Shown one piece after another: positions 12,570-24,413 of a stretch of DNA of 64,000 nucleotides. A program made the translations under genes and the position numbers. Source of the DNA: Ascoidea asiatica JCM 7603. Its lineage: Eukaryota; Fungi; Ascomycota. The stretch spans positions 1,435,205 through 1,499,204 of the forward strand of contig BCKQ01000004.1 in the NCBI GenBank assembly GCA_001600695.1, written 5' to 3'. Positions within the stretch are counted from its first letter, which is position 1. Each line of letters begins with the position of its first letter. The notes below the pieces were generated by a model, which saw only the letters and a list, made by a program, of their open reading frames with translations, was not told the origin of the DNA and searched no databases.

Positions 12570-13835
12570 AAGATAGATAAGAAAGAAAGAAGAAAAGATA
12601 AGATTTAATAAATCAGAATATATAAACTTTTTTTTATAATTGAGTGAAATATTGTTCTATTTATATTTGATAGAATTTATTTTAAAGAAAGAAAGAAAAG
12701 ATTTAATAGAAAAGGAATAGAGAAAATTTCTATAAATTTTTTATTTGAAAATGTTAAAGATTTGTATTTAGTTAAGATTAAGATAATCTGGATATTCTGC
12801 AAGATAATAGGAAATCTTGTTTATAAATTTTTTTTTATTTGAATTCAACTGTATCGAAGTAAAGTGAAGTTAACTGTAACTTAAGTTTATGTGTTTAATG
12901 AGAATTACTAGTGATAACATTAAGATAAGTTGAAATTATTTAGGCATTTATCCTTTCATGACAGTTTATGAAAGTGAAAAATTGTAATTTCTGGGAAAAA
13001 AATCAAGTATTGAAGAAATCATTGAATTGTAAGACTCCAATACAAAATGAGAAATCTGATAAGGAATCTTAAGATAAATCAGCTTTGAAAAAAAGTGAAT
13101 AGAAGTGAAAAAAAAGGAAAAATAATCAAAAAAACCTAAAGTAAAAGTAAGAGAAAAAGCAAAAGCAAAAGCAAAAAAGCATAAATTTCGATTGACAGTA
13201 GGAGGAATGATAGATAGTAATCTACAGTACTGTGATAGAATTAGTTATGGGACTTTTGGAATTTTTTTTACACAACAACGATAAGTAATTAAGTGAATTC
13301 AGTAGTAAATACTTGAAATTAGTGCAATGCCTCATTAAAATATTTGATATAGCTAAAATAAATATTTTCTTAACGTTGACTATTGGCCGATGATAATAAT
13401 ATAATTAAATAAATGTCAATCAAAATTACATAATTGAATAATAACTGACTACGAGCCAAACATTTTTGAAAATGTATACAAAGCGACCATATTTGTTCAA
13501 ATCATTCTGTTCTTTTATTCTCTGACTGCTATTTATTTGTATTTTATTTTATATTTTTCATGATTCCAATTTGAATATTTGATTATGCAAAAAAATAATA
13601 ATCGAATGAAGTGTGTGAGACTGTTTTTGAAGACAGACAGACTGCTGATGAAAAACATCGCACCGCAGCCAAAACCAACACTGGCATTTCCAAGACTCTG
13701 GAAAGTTTCTCCAGCAGGCAGATTCAGTTATTCACTGTTATTCACTTACTCACTCGTATCTGCAGCGACGTGATTGGCCAATAGCCCGCTGCTGCTCCAC
13801 GCCGTCTGCAGCGGTCGCCAGATAAGATAAGCCCG
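12570..13835. promoter_or_regulatory. Cluster of GATAAG (GATA-factor / nitrogen catabolite repression) sites upstream of permease B
   Basis: Several GATAAG copies near 12576, 12598, 12924, 13058 and 13280, plus a tandem GATAAGATAAG near 13820. The AT-rich background weakens significance. Confidence 0.4.
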
Positions 13836-15107
13836 GTAAAAGCAGTAAGCAACAAGCTCAGGTGTATCAATGCTTATTTGTCTTTTAGGGTTTAAACTTA
13901 AAAAGCAGGCAAGCTAGCGCGCCGCGTCCTGCGTAAAACACATCCCGATAGGAAAATGGGCAAGAGCGGTACGCAGAAATATTGATTTACCCGGACAACA
14001 TGCTGCCTAGATCATGTTTTCTGCAGTGTCCCGATAACAAAGCCAAACGGTCAGATCGGTCGAAATCTGACACTGATTTAGATCTTTTTCTGTGGTTGCT
14101 TTTAACGTAATACAGACGACCGTCGAAAATCATAAATCAATTTAAACACAAACAAGCCTTAATCCCAAAAAAAGATATTCCAGAAAGCAGAGCTGCACCT
14201 AAAAAAGCAGCTGTTTCCATTTTACAACTTTAAGCTCCGTTTTAGTGCAGCGGAGTTTTTGCCAACACTAGTCCACTTTAGACGGGTTTATTCTGGCTTC
14301 TATTTTATTTTTTTGTTATTTGAATTCATTCTCTTTTCAAATTTTCAGTTTTTTCTTGATCTTGAGACTTTTTCAACAGTAAATTTATAAATATAATGAT
14401 TTTTTCTTTAAGCAGATTGGTTTTATGTTCAATGGTTTCATTGGTGAAAAAAAAACTGGGAATTTGAGACTAAAAATGTCAAAAATTTTCACTAAATATT
14501 TTAGTGCGTGTGTTTGAAATTTAGTCTGCTTTTTAAAAACCCGTTTAATTTTGAGTAACAAAAAGTTCAGAAAACTTCATATAAATTTTCCCTAATTTCT
14601 AACTAATTTTATGCATATTCATAAATTTTGATCATTTTAACTACATTTAGTTAAATATTAGAATATCTTGGCCTATCCACTAAAATTTATTTTTAATCTT
14701 AGAAATTTATGTATTATTTTTACTTCTTTTCAATTTAATATATTATTGTACGTACTGTACTCCACTTTATATATTATATTTTTTTTTGCAATTTCTCAAC
14801 TTTCTTTGATTTAAACTTACTATTTAAGTAACTATTTTCTCCTTCAAAAATATTTCATCAAATTTTCACTTTTTTGAATAGAAATTTCACATAAATTGAT
14901 TCTTTATAAAAATTTACATATGATATATTAAAAAAAAAATGATTTTTCAATTAAAGAACATATAATATAAAGAAAATTATGGTGTGATAAGTTATGAATA
15001 ATAAAATACGATAGAAATAATATTAAATTAGAATTAAAATTAAATTAAAGTAATTTAACCTTTTTAATTACCTATCAATATTCAAAAAAAATCAATTTGT
15101 GTGAAAG

Positions 15108-16061
15108 ATGGAAAAATATAACTCAGCTGAAACTGAAATTCAAAAAGAAATTAAAGAAGAAATTGAAAATGAAGATGATATATTAAATTATGATAAAATT
15201 TTACTATTAGGAGATTCTTTAACTGAATTTTCCTTTAATCAATTTCCAATATCACATAATGAAAATAATTTAAATAATCAATTTACTAAGTATTCTAATT
15301 TTACTCTAGGTTCAAACTTAGTCAATTTATATACAAGAAAATTAGATATTATTCAAAGAGGTTTTTCTGGTTATAATTCTTCTCATATTTTCCTAATTAT
15401 TAAAAAAATTTTAAATCATGAAAATACTAATACAAATACAAATACAAATACAAATACAAATATAAATATAAATAAAAATAAAAGTATTAATAAGGTTAAA
15501 TTAATAATTTTAACAATTGGTACAAATGATTCATCAAATTCAATAAATTTAAAAAATGATGAGAGTCAATTTCAATCAAATTTGAAAAAAATAATTAATT
15601 TTATAAAAATTGAAAAAAAAATTAATCTAATTATAATTGGTTTACCAAAATATTTTGAAACAATTTTTGAAAAAATTTGCTTTGATGATATTAAAAAGAA
15701 TTATATATTGAATAAAGAAAAAATTGAAAAATATAATTTAATTTCATTGAATATTTGTAAAGAATTTGAAATTCCATTTATTGATTTAAATGAAATATAT
15801 TATGAATTTAATAAAAAGTATAATAATAAAGATAATAATAAAGATGATAATAACAGTTTTTGTAATAATGAAAACTTAGAGGAGTACTTAACAAGTGATG
15901 GAATTCATTTATCTGGATTAATGCAGTTTTATTTGTTTAATAAATTAATTAAAACGATTAATCTGAATTACCCAGAATTAGATTCAAATAATATTAAATT
16001 GAAATTACCAAGCTGGGAAGATATTTCAATTGAAAATCTAAAAGAAGAAATCAAAATATAG
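15108..16061 (+). CDS. IAH1: SGNH/GDSL hydrolase, isoamyl acetate-hydrolysing esterase-like
   Basis: Blocks LLGDSLTE, RGFSGYNS, IGTNDS and SDGIHLS. Confidence 0.85.
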   Translation: MEKYNSAETEIQKEIKEEIENEDDILNYDKILLLGDSLTEFSFNQFPISHNENNLNNQFTKYSNFTLGSNLVNLYTRKLDIIQRGFSGYNSSHIFLIIKKILNHENTNTNTNTNTNTNININKNKSINKVKLIILTIGTNDSSNSINLKNDESQFQSNLKKIINFIKIEKKINLIIIGLPKYFETIFEKICFDDIKKNYILNKEKIEKYNLISLNICKEFEIPFIDLNEIYYEFNKKYNNKDNNKDDNNSFCNNENLEEYLTSDGIHLSGLMQFYLFNKLIKTINLNYPELDSNNIKLKLPSWEDISIENLKEEIKI

Positions 16062-17568
16062 AAATAAATTTTAAAACTAAAATAAATAAAATAAATGATA
16101 AACCTGTAAATATTCTTCCATTTCTTGTCTGTAAGAAATATAAAACATATCCAAATAAAGTATCTGATGAATAATTTAAAAAAGAAGATAATTTTATATA
16201 ATTTTGATCTAAATTTGATAATTTAAATTTATTTTTATTTTTATCTAAAATTTTATTTTGATTTCGGTTAAGTGGTCGGTTATCGGTAGTGCTGAGCAAT
16301 GGATTACGTAACTCACGATCCATAGTTCTGGTCTCGGTTCCAGTTTCAGTTTCAATGATATTTGGAGGATTGAAAGGTATTTGAATTGATAAAAAAACAG
16401 GTTTATGATCAGATAAATTAACATTTGGTAATGAATTATATTGAATTATTTTTTCATTTTGGTTCTGATTTTGATTTTGATAATTATAATATAAAATTCT
16501 ATCACACCATGAAGGTAATCTTTTTAAATTATAAGAATTATTATTTAAATTGAATTTATAAGTTGGATTAAATTTTATTAAAGGTTCATTAAAATTTTTC
16601 AAAATTTGATTTTTAATTAATCTTGAAATTGTTAATTCATCAATTTTTTTGAAAAAATCTAGATTATATTTATTAGTAATATTTGAATCTGGTTTAATAT
16701 TATGATTTGAGATAACTCTATAATTTAAATCACCCATTATGAAGATATGAGAATTATTTGAGAATACATGAGAATAATCTTCATTAGAAAGTTTATTGAT
16801 ATTATTATTAATTGGATAATATTTAAGATATTTTAATATATAATTAATATCTTTATTTCTTTTTAACCAATTTTTTTGACCTTCATTTGCAGATAAATGA
16901 CAACTTAAGAAAGTAAAATTAGATAAATTATTATTTTTTAAATTTTTATAAGATAATTTTATTGAACATGAACCTTTTAAAGAAGAGAAAAAATAACCAG
17001 TTGAGAATTTAGATAAATAAATTTTATTAATTGGAAAATTATTTATGAATGGAGTTATTAAAATTAAACCAATTGCACCAATATAATTTAATTTAATTAA
17101 ATTAAAATTATATTTATTTTTAAATTTTAAATTTAAAAAATTTATTAATAAATTTGAAAAATTTTTTAAATAATTTTCAATTTTATTTAAATCATTTAAA
17201 CTTTCTAAAATTGAAGAAATTTCTTGAAATGAAAAACAATAAATTAAATATGGATTTAAGTCATTTTTAAAATAATTATTTAATTCTTTAATTAATTGAT
17301 TATTTTTTAAATTAAAAATATTTGAATTTTTACCACAATTAAAAGTTAAACAAAATATTGATAAATTTTGATTTGAATTTGAATTTGAATCTGAATGAAA
17401 AATTGAATTATTATTAGTTATATTTAATTGATTTGAAGAAATTGAAGAAGATAAATTAGATAAAGAAGATTCTACATGAACATTAGAAGAGGAGGAAGAA
17501 GAGTTTGAATTTGAATTTGAATTTGAATCCCTTTCCAATAAAGGAACTGATTGATCTATTAAGTCCAT
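16051..17568 (-). CDS. INP54: Phosphoinositide 5-phosphatase with C-terminal tail anchor
   Basis: Motifs TFNCGK, SCHLSANEG, FIMGDLNYR, PTYKF, PSWCDRIL and SDHKPV, plus a hydrophobic C-terminus. Confidence 0.85.
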   Translation of the reverse strand: MDLIDQSVPLLERDSNSNSNSNSSSSSSNVHVESSLSNLSSSISSNQLNITNNNSIFHSDSNSNSNQNLSIFCLTFNCGKNSNIFNLKNNQLIKELNNYFKNDLNPYLIYCFSFQEISSILESLNDLNKIENYLKNFSNLLINFLNLKFKNKYNFNLIKLNYIGAIGLILITPFINNFPINKIYLSKFSTGYFFSSLKGSCSIKLSYKNLKNNNLSNFTFLSCHLSANEGQKNWLKRNKDINYILKYLKYYPINNNINKLSNEDYSHVFSNNSHIFIMGDLNYRVISNHNIKPDSNITNKYNLDFFKKIDELTISRLIKNQILKNFNEPLIKFNPTYKFNLNNNSYNLKRLPSWCDRILYYNYQNQNQNQNEKIIQYNSLPNVNLSDHKPVFLSIQIPFNPPNIIETETGTETRTMDRELRNPLLSTTDNRPLNRNQNKILDKNKNKFKLSNLDQNYIKLSSFLNYSSDTLFGYVLYFLQTRNGRIFTGLSFILFILVLKFISIF

Positions 17569-17964
17569 TGAAGTTTTGAATTGAAAGTAGTAAGTAGTAA
17601 GTATTAAGAAGTAATAAGAAAGAATAAATATATAGACTTGAAAAAAGCAAATTGATGAATATCAATAGTTTTATTTTATTCTTTATAATAGATCAATTGA
17701 TGATTCTTTTGGATTACTTGAAATATATGAATTGATAAAATACAGTAACAGTTATCAGTTATCAGTTACCAGTTATTATTGTTATCATGATTCTCTTGTC
17801 TGGAGTAAACATGGAACTGGAACTGGAACTGGAACTGGAACTGGAGAGCAAGGCAACAGCAACGGGAGCCAAGGAGAGGAGACCCAGAGAAGTGGCGCCA
17901 CAATTAACACGTGAAATGATAGTTTGTACTGCCAATTTCAGAAGGCGTCTTTTTTCATCAAACT

Positions 17965-18047
17965 GGAGGGTTGGCCGAGTGGTCTAAGGCGGTAGACTTA
18001 AGATCTACTGGGAAATTCCCGCGCGAGTTCGAACCTCGCATCCTTCA
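17965..18047 (+). tRNA. tRNA-Leu(UAA)
   Basis: GGAGGGTTGGCCGAGTGGTCTAAGGCGGTAGACTTAAGATCTAC...GTTCGAACCTCGCATCCTTCA, with long variable arm and a downstream T-run. Confidence 0.96.
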
Positions 18048-18166
18048 TTCTTTTTTGTTTACTCAATTTAAATAAATGAGTTCAATTTATCTTGCTGTTT
18101 TTACCGTAAATATCCTCTTTTGAAGTAGAGTAGGTTTAATATTGTAATTTGGGTAAATAAATTAAA

Positions 18167-18200
18167 GCGTAAGTGGTTTAGTGGTAAAATTCGACGTTGC
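18167..18200 (+). pseudogene. 5' half of tRNA-Gly(GCC), truncated within the anticodon
   Basis: 34 nt identical to the 5' end of the tRNA-Gly at 22529-22599. No 3' half follows. Confidence 0.85.
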
Positions 18201-18367
18201 TTAATATTTTTTTTTTGTTTTTTTATTTTTGATGATTGTTAAATCAATATTATGGATTTTAATTATTATATTTAAATCAAATAATATTCTCTACAAAGGT
18301 TAAAACATTGAGAAATAAAAAAATAATTCAACTAGATAGTAAAACTAACTATAAAACCAAAAATAAG

Positions 18368-18463
18368 CACCCGACGTGGGAGTCGAACCCACAATCTTCT
18401 GATGACTGAATTGAACAAAGTTCTAATAGAAGTCAGACGCGTTAACCATTACGCTAGCCAGGC
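18368..18463 (-). tRNA. tRNA-Arg(UCU) with 23 nt intron (18404-18426)
   Basis: GCCTGGCTAGCGTAATGGTTAACGCGTCTGACTTCTA[intron]ATCAGAAGATTGTGGGTTCGACTCCCACGTCGGGTG. The intron sits at the canonical 37/38 position. Confidence 0.92.
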
Positions 18464-19232
18464 TAAAAATCGATGAACGTTATACTATATTACCAACCTC
18501 ACACAATTATCAAATTCTGCTGATATATAGTTATAATTTTAAGTCACGTGTTGAAATTGGCCGGATCTCATTATTGTGAACTCACCGGTTCCAGCGTTTA
18601 ATACCTTTTTCATTACATTACCTTCTTTTATTTATTGATTATTACTACGACTGTATTCTTATTTGATTTGTAAATTATTTCATTTCATATATTTACTTCT
18701 GCGATACAATAATAACAAGAAGAAAAATAGCAATTTGAAAAAAAAACATTTGGGTATTGAAAAGATTTTGAAAACCTTACTTGATGACCATGGATTTCTA
18801 TTCATTACTTTCCATTAACTCACTTGATATATCTCCTAATAAATGAAACTGAATAAGACAACATTGAATCATTCATGCTCTGGGATTACGTGCCAAAAAT
18901 CTAGTAATCGTTAATTTCATTTGATTCAATTTCAAGCTCAATTATAATATTACTGACATTCAATTTGCGATCTTAAATTATATCAAGTAACAATAGTGTA
19001 TTTTAATTCTTATATGTAGACCACTCTTTTATCTACTTTAACTATTCCTGGTTTTAAATTTAAATCAGATGGTAAAGTTTTTTTTAAATAAATTCAACAT
19101 TACTTAAAAAATCTGTAGTTTTTTTATATAATATTAATAAACAAAAGTCTTTAAGTTTAAGACATGAAGAAAATTGACTAAAATTTATATTCAAATTTAC
19201 CAAATCCTATTGGGCAATTAAAAAAAAAAGAG

Positions 19233-19256
19233 TGCTAATTCTGTGGATCGAACACA

Positions 19257-19289
<33 letters not shown>

Positions 19290-19305
19290 GCTGAGCTAAA
19301 TCAGC
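19233..19305 (-). tRNA. tRNA-Phe(GAA), intronless
   Basis: GCTGATTTAGCTCAGCTGGGAGAGCGTCAGACTGAAGATCTGAAGGTCCTGTGTTCGATCCACAGAATTAGCA. Confidence 0.96.
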
Positions 19306-19431
19306 GAACTATAAAACCCATTGAGTATGGCCTTAGAATGATCCAAAAGAGTTTGATTTACGGGTGCAATTATTTTGGTTATGTCCCGTGACTGTCCCCA
19401 AAAATTTATGAGCGAAAAATTTATGTTATTA

Positions 19432-19503
19432 TCCGAGGTAGTGTAACGGTGATCATACCTCGCTTTCACCGAGGAGATCCGGGTTCGACTCCCGGCCCCG
19501 GAA
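19432..19503 (+). tRNA. tRNA-Glu(UUC)
   Basis: TCCGAGGTAGTGTAACGGTGATCATACCTCGCTTTCACCGAGGAGATCCGGGTTCGACTCCCGGCCCCGGAA, with one A:C mismatch in the acceptor stem. Confidence 0.92.
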
Positions 19504-19856
19504 CAATTTATTATGTTGGTTTTTTTATTTTGTTTTTTGTTTGTTTTTGTTAATTTCAAGATATATGAAAAGTAGTTATCATATTCTATTAGTTTAAAGT
19601 ATTAGTCTTTTTAAATAATTTTAAAAGACTTGATAAATTTTGGCAATTCTATCAAAATTTCAATTCAAACTACAATTCCTTTATTATTTATAACCAGGTT
19701 TTTATTTTTATTTTTTTAATTATAAATTGTTATTGGAATCATTTTCCAACATGGATTTTATTGTGAACTGTTTGTAAAAAATTGTTTTCATTTATTTCTC
19801 ACCTTCTTTAGTTCTTTTAACTTAAAGAATCAATAAATAAATCATTGGAAATATTT

Positions 19857-19937
19857 CGGATTATTTATTAGTAAAATCGGATAAATTTCGGAATAAATCG
19901 GATAAATCTTCTTCGGACAATTTGTTTTCACGGAAAA
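19857..19937 (+). promoter_or_regulatory. Cluster of six co-oriented CGGANNA (Rgt1-type) sites upstream of the sugar porter
   Basis: CGGATTA 19857, CGGATAA 19878, CGGAATA 19889, CGGATAA 19899, CGGACAA 19914 and CGGAAAA 19931. Possible Mig1-type CTGGGG near 20300. Confidence 0.75.
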
Positions 19938-20596
19938 TGCGCCACGTTCAAGACTGATTTAAATGCAAATGACATTACTATCTTTAGGAGCATAAAATAC
20001 TGACAAGAAAAAGACCCAAGTCATTTTATTGTAAGCATCAATAATAAAACTAAGGATAGTCTGACAATTGATCTCTTTTACTCAATAAAACTGACATTAA
20101 TTGTTCTTTTAAAGTGATGTCAAGATAATATTTCTTGATTTTTTTTATATTTATCTATAATTTAATCAATATCTCTCAATATTGATATTCTCAGAGTATC
20201 ATAAGAGTGAAAAAAAGTTTAATTACTACACCCAAATTAATTAGGTTTGACAAGTGGAACAATTTATGAAATAACAAATGGAGTAATTATGGAGTAACAC
20301 TGGGGTATTATTAGTTATGGAATAACTATTAAATTGGAAAAACATTGATGACATTAAATAATTATCAAAAATGTTTATATTTATTGAAAATAATATAAAA
20401 AGTCAAGGATTCTTCAATAAAAGTTAATTAATTTCCTTTTATTATTCATATTATATATTTATCAATTATAATAATATTAATTATTTTACTATTTACTATT
20501 TATTATTTATTATTTATTATTTATTATTTACAATTTACTATTACTTACAATTTACATTTTTAAATTCCATTACAATTACAAAAAATTCAATAACTA

Positions 20597-22204
20597 ATGG
20601 GAAAATTCATTAATTCCAAATTTTGGACAAAATTTTATTCTCCACCAGAAAAATCAAGTGAAGCTTCTTTAAAAGTTTCTATATTAGTTGGTTTATTTGC
20701 TTCATTTGGTGGTATTCTTTATGGTTATGATACTGGTTCAATATCAGGTGTAATGGCTATGGATTATGTTAAAAAAACATTTCCAAGTGATCATACAGAT
20801 TTTTCATCATCTGAACATTCATTAATTGTTTCTATATTATCTGCAGGTACATTTTTTGGATCATTATTAGCACCATTATTTGCAGATACTTTAGGTCGTA
20901 GATGGACCTTAATTCTTTCATCATTTTTTATTTTTAATCTTGGTGTTATTTTACAAACTGCTTCAACATCAATTTCATTATTAGCTGCAGGTAGAGCAAT
21001 TGCAGGTTTAGGTTTAGGTTTTATTTCTGCTACAATTCCATTATATCAATCAGAAACAGTTCCAAAATCAGTTCGTGGTGCAATTGTTTCATGTTATCAA
21101 TTTGCTATAACTATTGGTATTTTTTTAGCTGCATGTGTTGAAAAAGGTACACAAAATAAAAATAATTCTGGATCATATAGAATTCCAATTGGTTTACAAT
21201 TTTTATGGTCATTAATTTTAGGTATTGGAATGATTTTTTTACCAGATACTCCAAGATTTTGGATTCATAAAGGTAATGAAGAAGAATCTAAAAAATCACT
21301 TTCAAGATTAAGAGAATTACCTTTAGGTCATAAAGAAATTGAAGAAGAATATGATGAAATTAAAGCAAATTATGATTATGAATGTTCTTTTGGTAATTCA
21401 ACATGGATTGATTGTTTTAAGAAATCAAATAGTCAATTAAAAAGACTTATTACAGGTACATCATTACAAATGTTTCAACAATTAACAGGTATAAATTTTA
21501 TATTTTATTATGGTACAACATTTTTTGGTAATGCAGGTATTAAAAATGCATTTACAGTTAGTGTTATTACAAATGTTGTTAATATGATTATGACAATTCC
21601 AGGTATTTATTTAATTGAAGTTGTTGGTAGAAGACCATTATTAATTTGGGGAGCAATTGGTATGTCAATTGCAGATCTTATTATTGCAATTGTTGGTGAA
21701 TGTGCAAATTCAGGACCTGCAAATAATTGTTTAATTGCATTTGCATGTATTTTTATAGCATTTTTTGCATCAACTTGGGGACCAGTATCTTGGGTTATTG
21801 TCGGAGAACTTTATCCATTAAGAACAAGAGCAAAATCAGTTTCAATGGCAACAGCATCAAATTGGTTATGGAATTTTGGTATTGCATATGCTACACCATA
21901 TATGATTGATTCTGGTAAAGGTAATGCAGATTTAGGAACAAGAGTTTATTTCATTTGGGGAGGATGTAATGTTTTATGTGTTTTATTTGCATATTTAACA
22001 ATTTATGAAACTAAAAATATGACATTAGAAGATGTTGATGTGATGTATGATGAATATAAATATGCATGGCAATCATCAAATTTTAAACCAAGTTTAGAAA
22101 AAACTCAACAAATTAATAAAGATCATGCAGATGAATTAGCCAAATATAATTCTAATTTAAAAGTTGAAACATCAAATGATTCAAATATTGGTGATAGTTT
22201 CTAA
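20597..22204 (+). CDS. MFS sugar porter (hexose transporter, Snf3/Rgt2-related without sensor tail)
   Basis: 535 aa. Motifs GGILYGYDTG, DTLGRR, PLYQSETVPKSVRG, PDTPR, QQLTGINFIFYYG, VGRRPLL and YETK. Confidence 0.93.
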   Translation: MGKFINSKFWTKFYSPPEKSSEASLKVSILVGLFASFGGILYGYDTGSISGVMAMDYVKKTFPSDHTDFSSSEHSLIVSILSAGTFFGSLLAPLFADTLGRRWTLILSSFFIFNLGVILQTASTSISLLAAGRAIAGLGLGFISATIPLYQSETVPKSVRGAIVSCYQFAITIGIFLAACVEKGTQNKNNSGSYRIPIGLQFLWSLILGIGMIFLPDTPRFWIHKGNEEESKKSLSRLRELPLGHKEIEEEYDEIKANYDYECSFGNSTWIDCFKKSNSQLKRLITGTSLQMFQQLTGINFIFYYGTTFFGNAGIKNAFTVSVITNVVNMIMTIPGIYLIEVVGRRPLLIWGAIGMSIADLIIAIVGECANSGPANNCLIAFACIFIAFFASTWGPVSWVIVGELYPLRTRAKSVSMATASNWLWNFGIAYATPYMIDSGKGNADLGTRVYFIWGGCNVLCVLFAYLTIYETKNMTLEDVDVMYDEYKYAWQSSNFKPSLEKTQQINKDHADELAKYNSNLKVETSNDSNIGDSF

Positions 22205-22528
22205 TAATATCACTAAAGATATCAATTTACCATTCAATTCTATTATTTTTTTTTTTTTTTTTCTTTCATTATTTATATTACTTTTCATTATTTGCATTTA
22301 TTTATTTAGTTCTTAACGACTTTTTGTTTCGCTTGTTCTTTTTTTCTTCATGATGATATATTTTACATAGAATTTCAATAGATTTTTTATTTAAGTATTT
22401 AATTTTCAATTATAAAACAGTAAAAAAGAAGCTTGAAAGCAAAATAAGATAAATATTAGACAATTATTTATTGCAAATAAAAATATATAAAGTATACCGT
22501 ATAGTGTACCGTATATACTAAAAAGATA

Positions 22529-22599
22529 TGCGTAAGCCCGGAATTGAACCGGGGGCCCGACGATGGCAACGTCGAATTTTACCACTAAACCACTTACGC
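22529..22599 (-). tRNA. tRNA-Gly(GCC)
   Basis: GCGTAAGTGGTTTAGTGGTAAAATTCGACGTTGCCATCGTCGGGCCCCCGGTTCAATTCCGGGCTTACGCA. Confidence 0.96.
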
Positions 22600-22846
22600 T
22601 TTGCTGTACAACTGAAATTCTTTGTTTCTCTAGGTAAAACAAGCAGTGAGTAATTCTGCTTACAGTGTGCAACACTTTGATTTACGTTACCACCCAGTTT
22701 CTTTACAAAGTGAAAATGTAGCAAATCAGAAGATTAACTGTTTGTGAATCCATGATTACGGTTCTCTTTGTATCAGTTGTATCATTTTTCTTAGTGTAAT
22801 CAATTACTATCCTCAAAATGATTGAGGATAACAAGCGCAACAAACT

Positions 22847-22929
22847 GGAGGGTTGGCCGAGTGGTCTAAGGCGGTAGACTTAAGATCTACTGGGAAATTC
22901 CTGCGCGAGTTCGAACCTCGCATCCTTCA
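22847..22929 (+). tRNA. tRNA-Leu(UAA)
   Basis: Differs from 17965-18047 by one base at the end of the variable arm. Confidence 0.96.
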
Positions 22930-24413
22930 TCTTTCTTTATTATTTTTTTGTCTTTTAAATGTATATTTTTATTTAACTTGTTGGTGATCGTTCAAAGAAG
23001 CATTAAGTTAATGGAATCATTTTAATTGCTTTTGATATATTCAATGTTTGGTAGCCAATTCTTTGACCAATTTGGCGAAGTTAACTTCGATCAAACTAAA
23101 AAACTAAGCAGTATGATATTGAGAAATGCTACAGTTGGAAATCTCTTGAATCCAATTCAGTGAAGTACAGATTTTTGAGATGAATCAATAATCAAATATT
23201 TATTAAACGTTATATATAATTTCTCAAATACTTTTTCTAATAAAAACCTAAAAAGACGAATTGAAAGATAACAAAAATTGACAAAAAGAAAATAAAAATA
23301 GTAGATGATAAAAATTAGATAAAAAAAAACGTATATATAATAACTAAATAATGTTTTTAAATGAGAAAAATAGAAAAAAAAATGAACTCGAATAAAAATA
23401 GAGAAAAAAATAAATGAATAAATGATAATTGACTAATAATATATTCAATTGAAATAAGTATTTTGCCAAACTTATGTGGAATCCTTTTTTTTGTAGTTCT
23501 TCATTCACTGGAATAATTTAATGGTTTTTGTATCTTTATCAGTTCTAATAGTTCTTTTGGAATTTATTGCAATTCAACAAAATTCGAAAAGGTGTTAGTT
23601 TTTCAGGAAAAAAATTAAAGTAAAAGATTTCTTGAATGAAATAATAATTTAATAAATTTCTAATAAAATGAAAATGTATGAAAATGTATGAAATTGTATG
23701 AAATTGTATGAAAATATCAAAATATAACAATTTACTTTTTGTAGAAAATCGCATTTGATAAAGAAAAGTAAATAATTAAATAAATCAGTAAAGCTATTCA
23801 ACTAATAAAATCAGTTAAAAATCTTGAAATTAAATAAAAATTGAATATATGAAAAACAAAACAAAAATTAACAAACATAATAAATGAAAACTTAAATTAA
23901 TAATAAAACTTGAAAATTTTTACAAAAAAGGTAAAATAAATGAAATATGAGAAAAAAAAGATGAATAAACGAAAAAAAAAAAAAAAAAATGTTTCTAACA
24001 ACATAATAAATAAATGGCAAATGTTCCACTGAAATACAGAAACATTTGATACTTTTCAACCAATTTCCATGAACTTCAACAAAATTAAACTATGCAAGAA
24101 ATGAACTATGAAGAAATATTACCAGTTTAACAACAAAAAATTATGACAATAAGATTAAACTTATTTAAATGTATTATAGTCAATTTTCATTTACTCTTTT
24201 GAAATTTATTCATTTTATCAGATCTTTTATCAATGATTAAAAAAATTCTTTAAAATAATTTCAAAAAGCAAAATAAAAACAAAGATAAATATAAATATAA
24301 AAATGCAAACAAAAACAAATAATTGAACTCTCTGACCTTAGAATTTGTCAATTAAATTCATGTATACAAAAGCACAATCATTAGAAAAAAAATAACTCCT
24401 TTATAATTTACCT

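Noticed and set aside
18543-18550. GTCACGTG as CDEI of a point centromere
   Set aside because: No adjacent >90% AT CDEII or CDEIII. It is more likely an ordinary Cbf1-type site.
19296-19559. Short ORFs overlapping tRNA genes (also 17787-17987, 22406-22724, 35830-36087)
   Set aside because: Artefacts of reading through GC-rich tRNA sequences.
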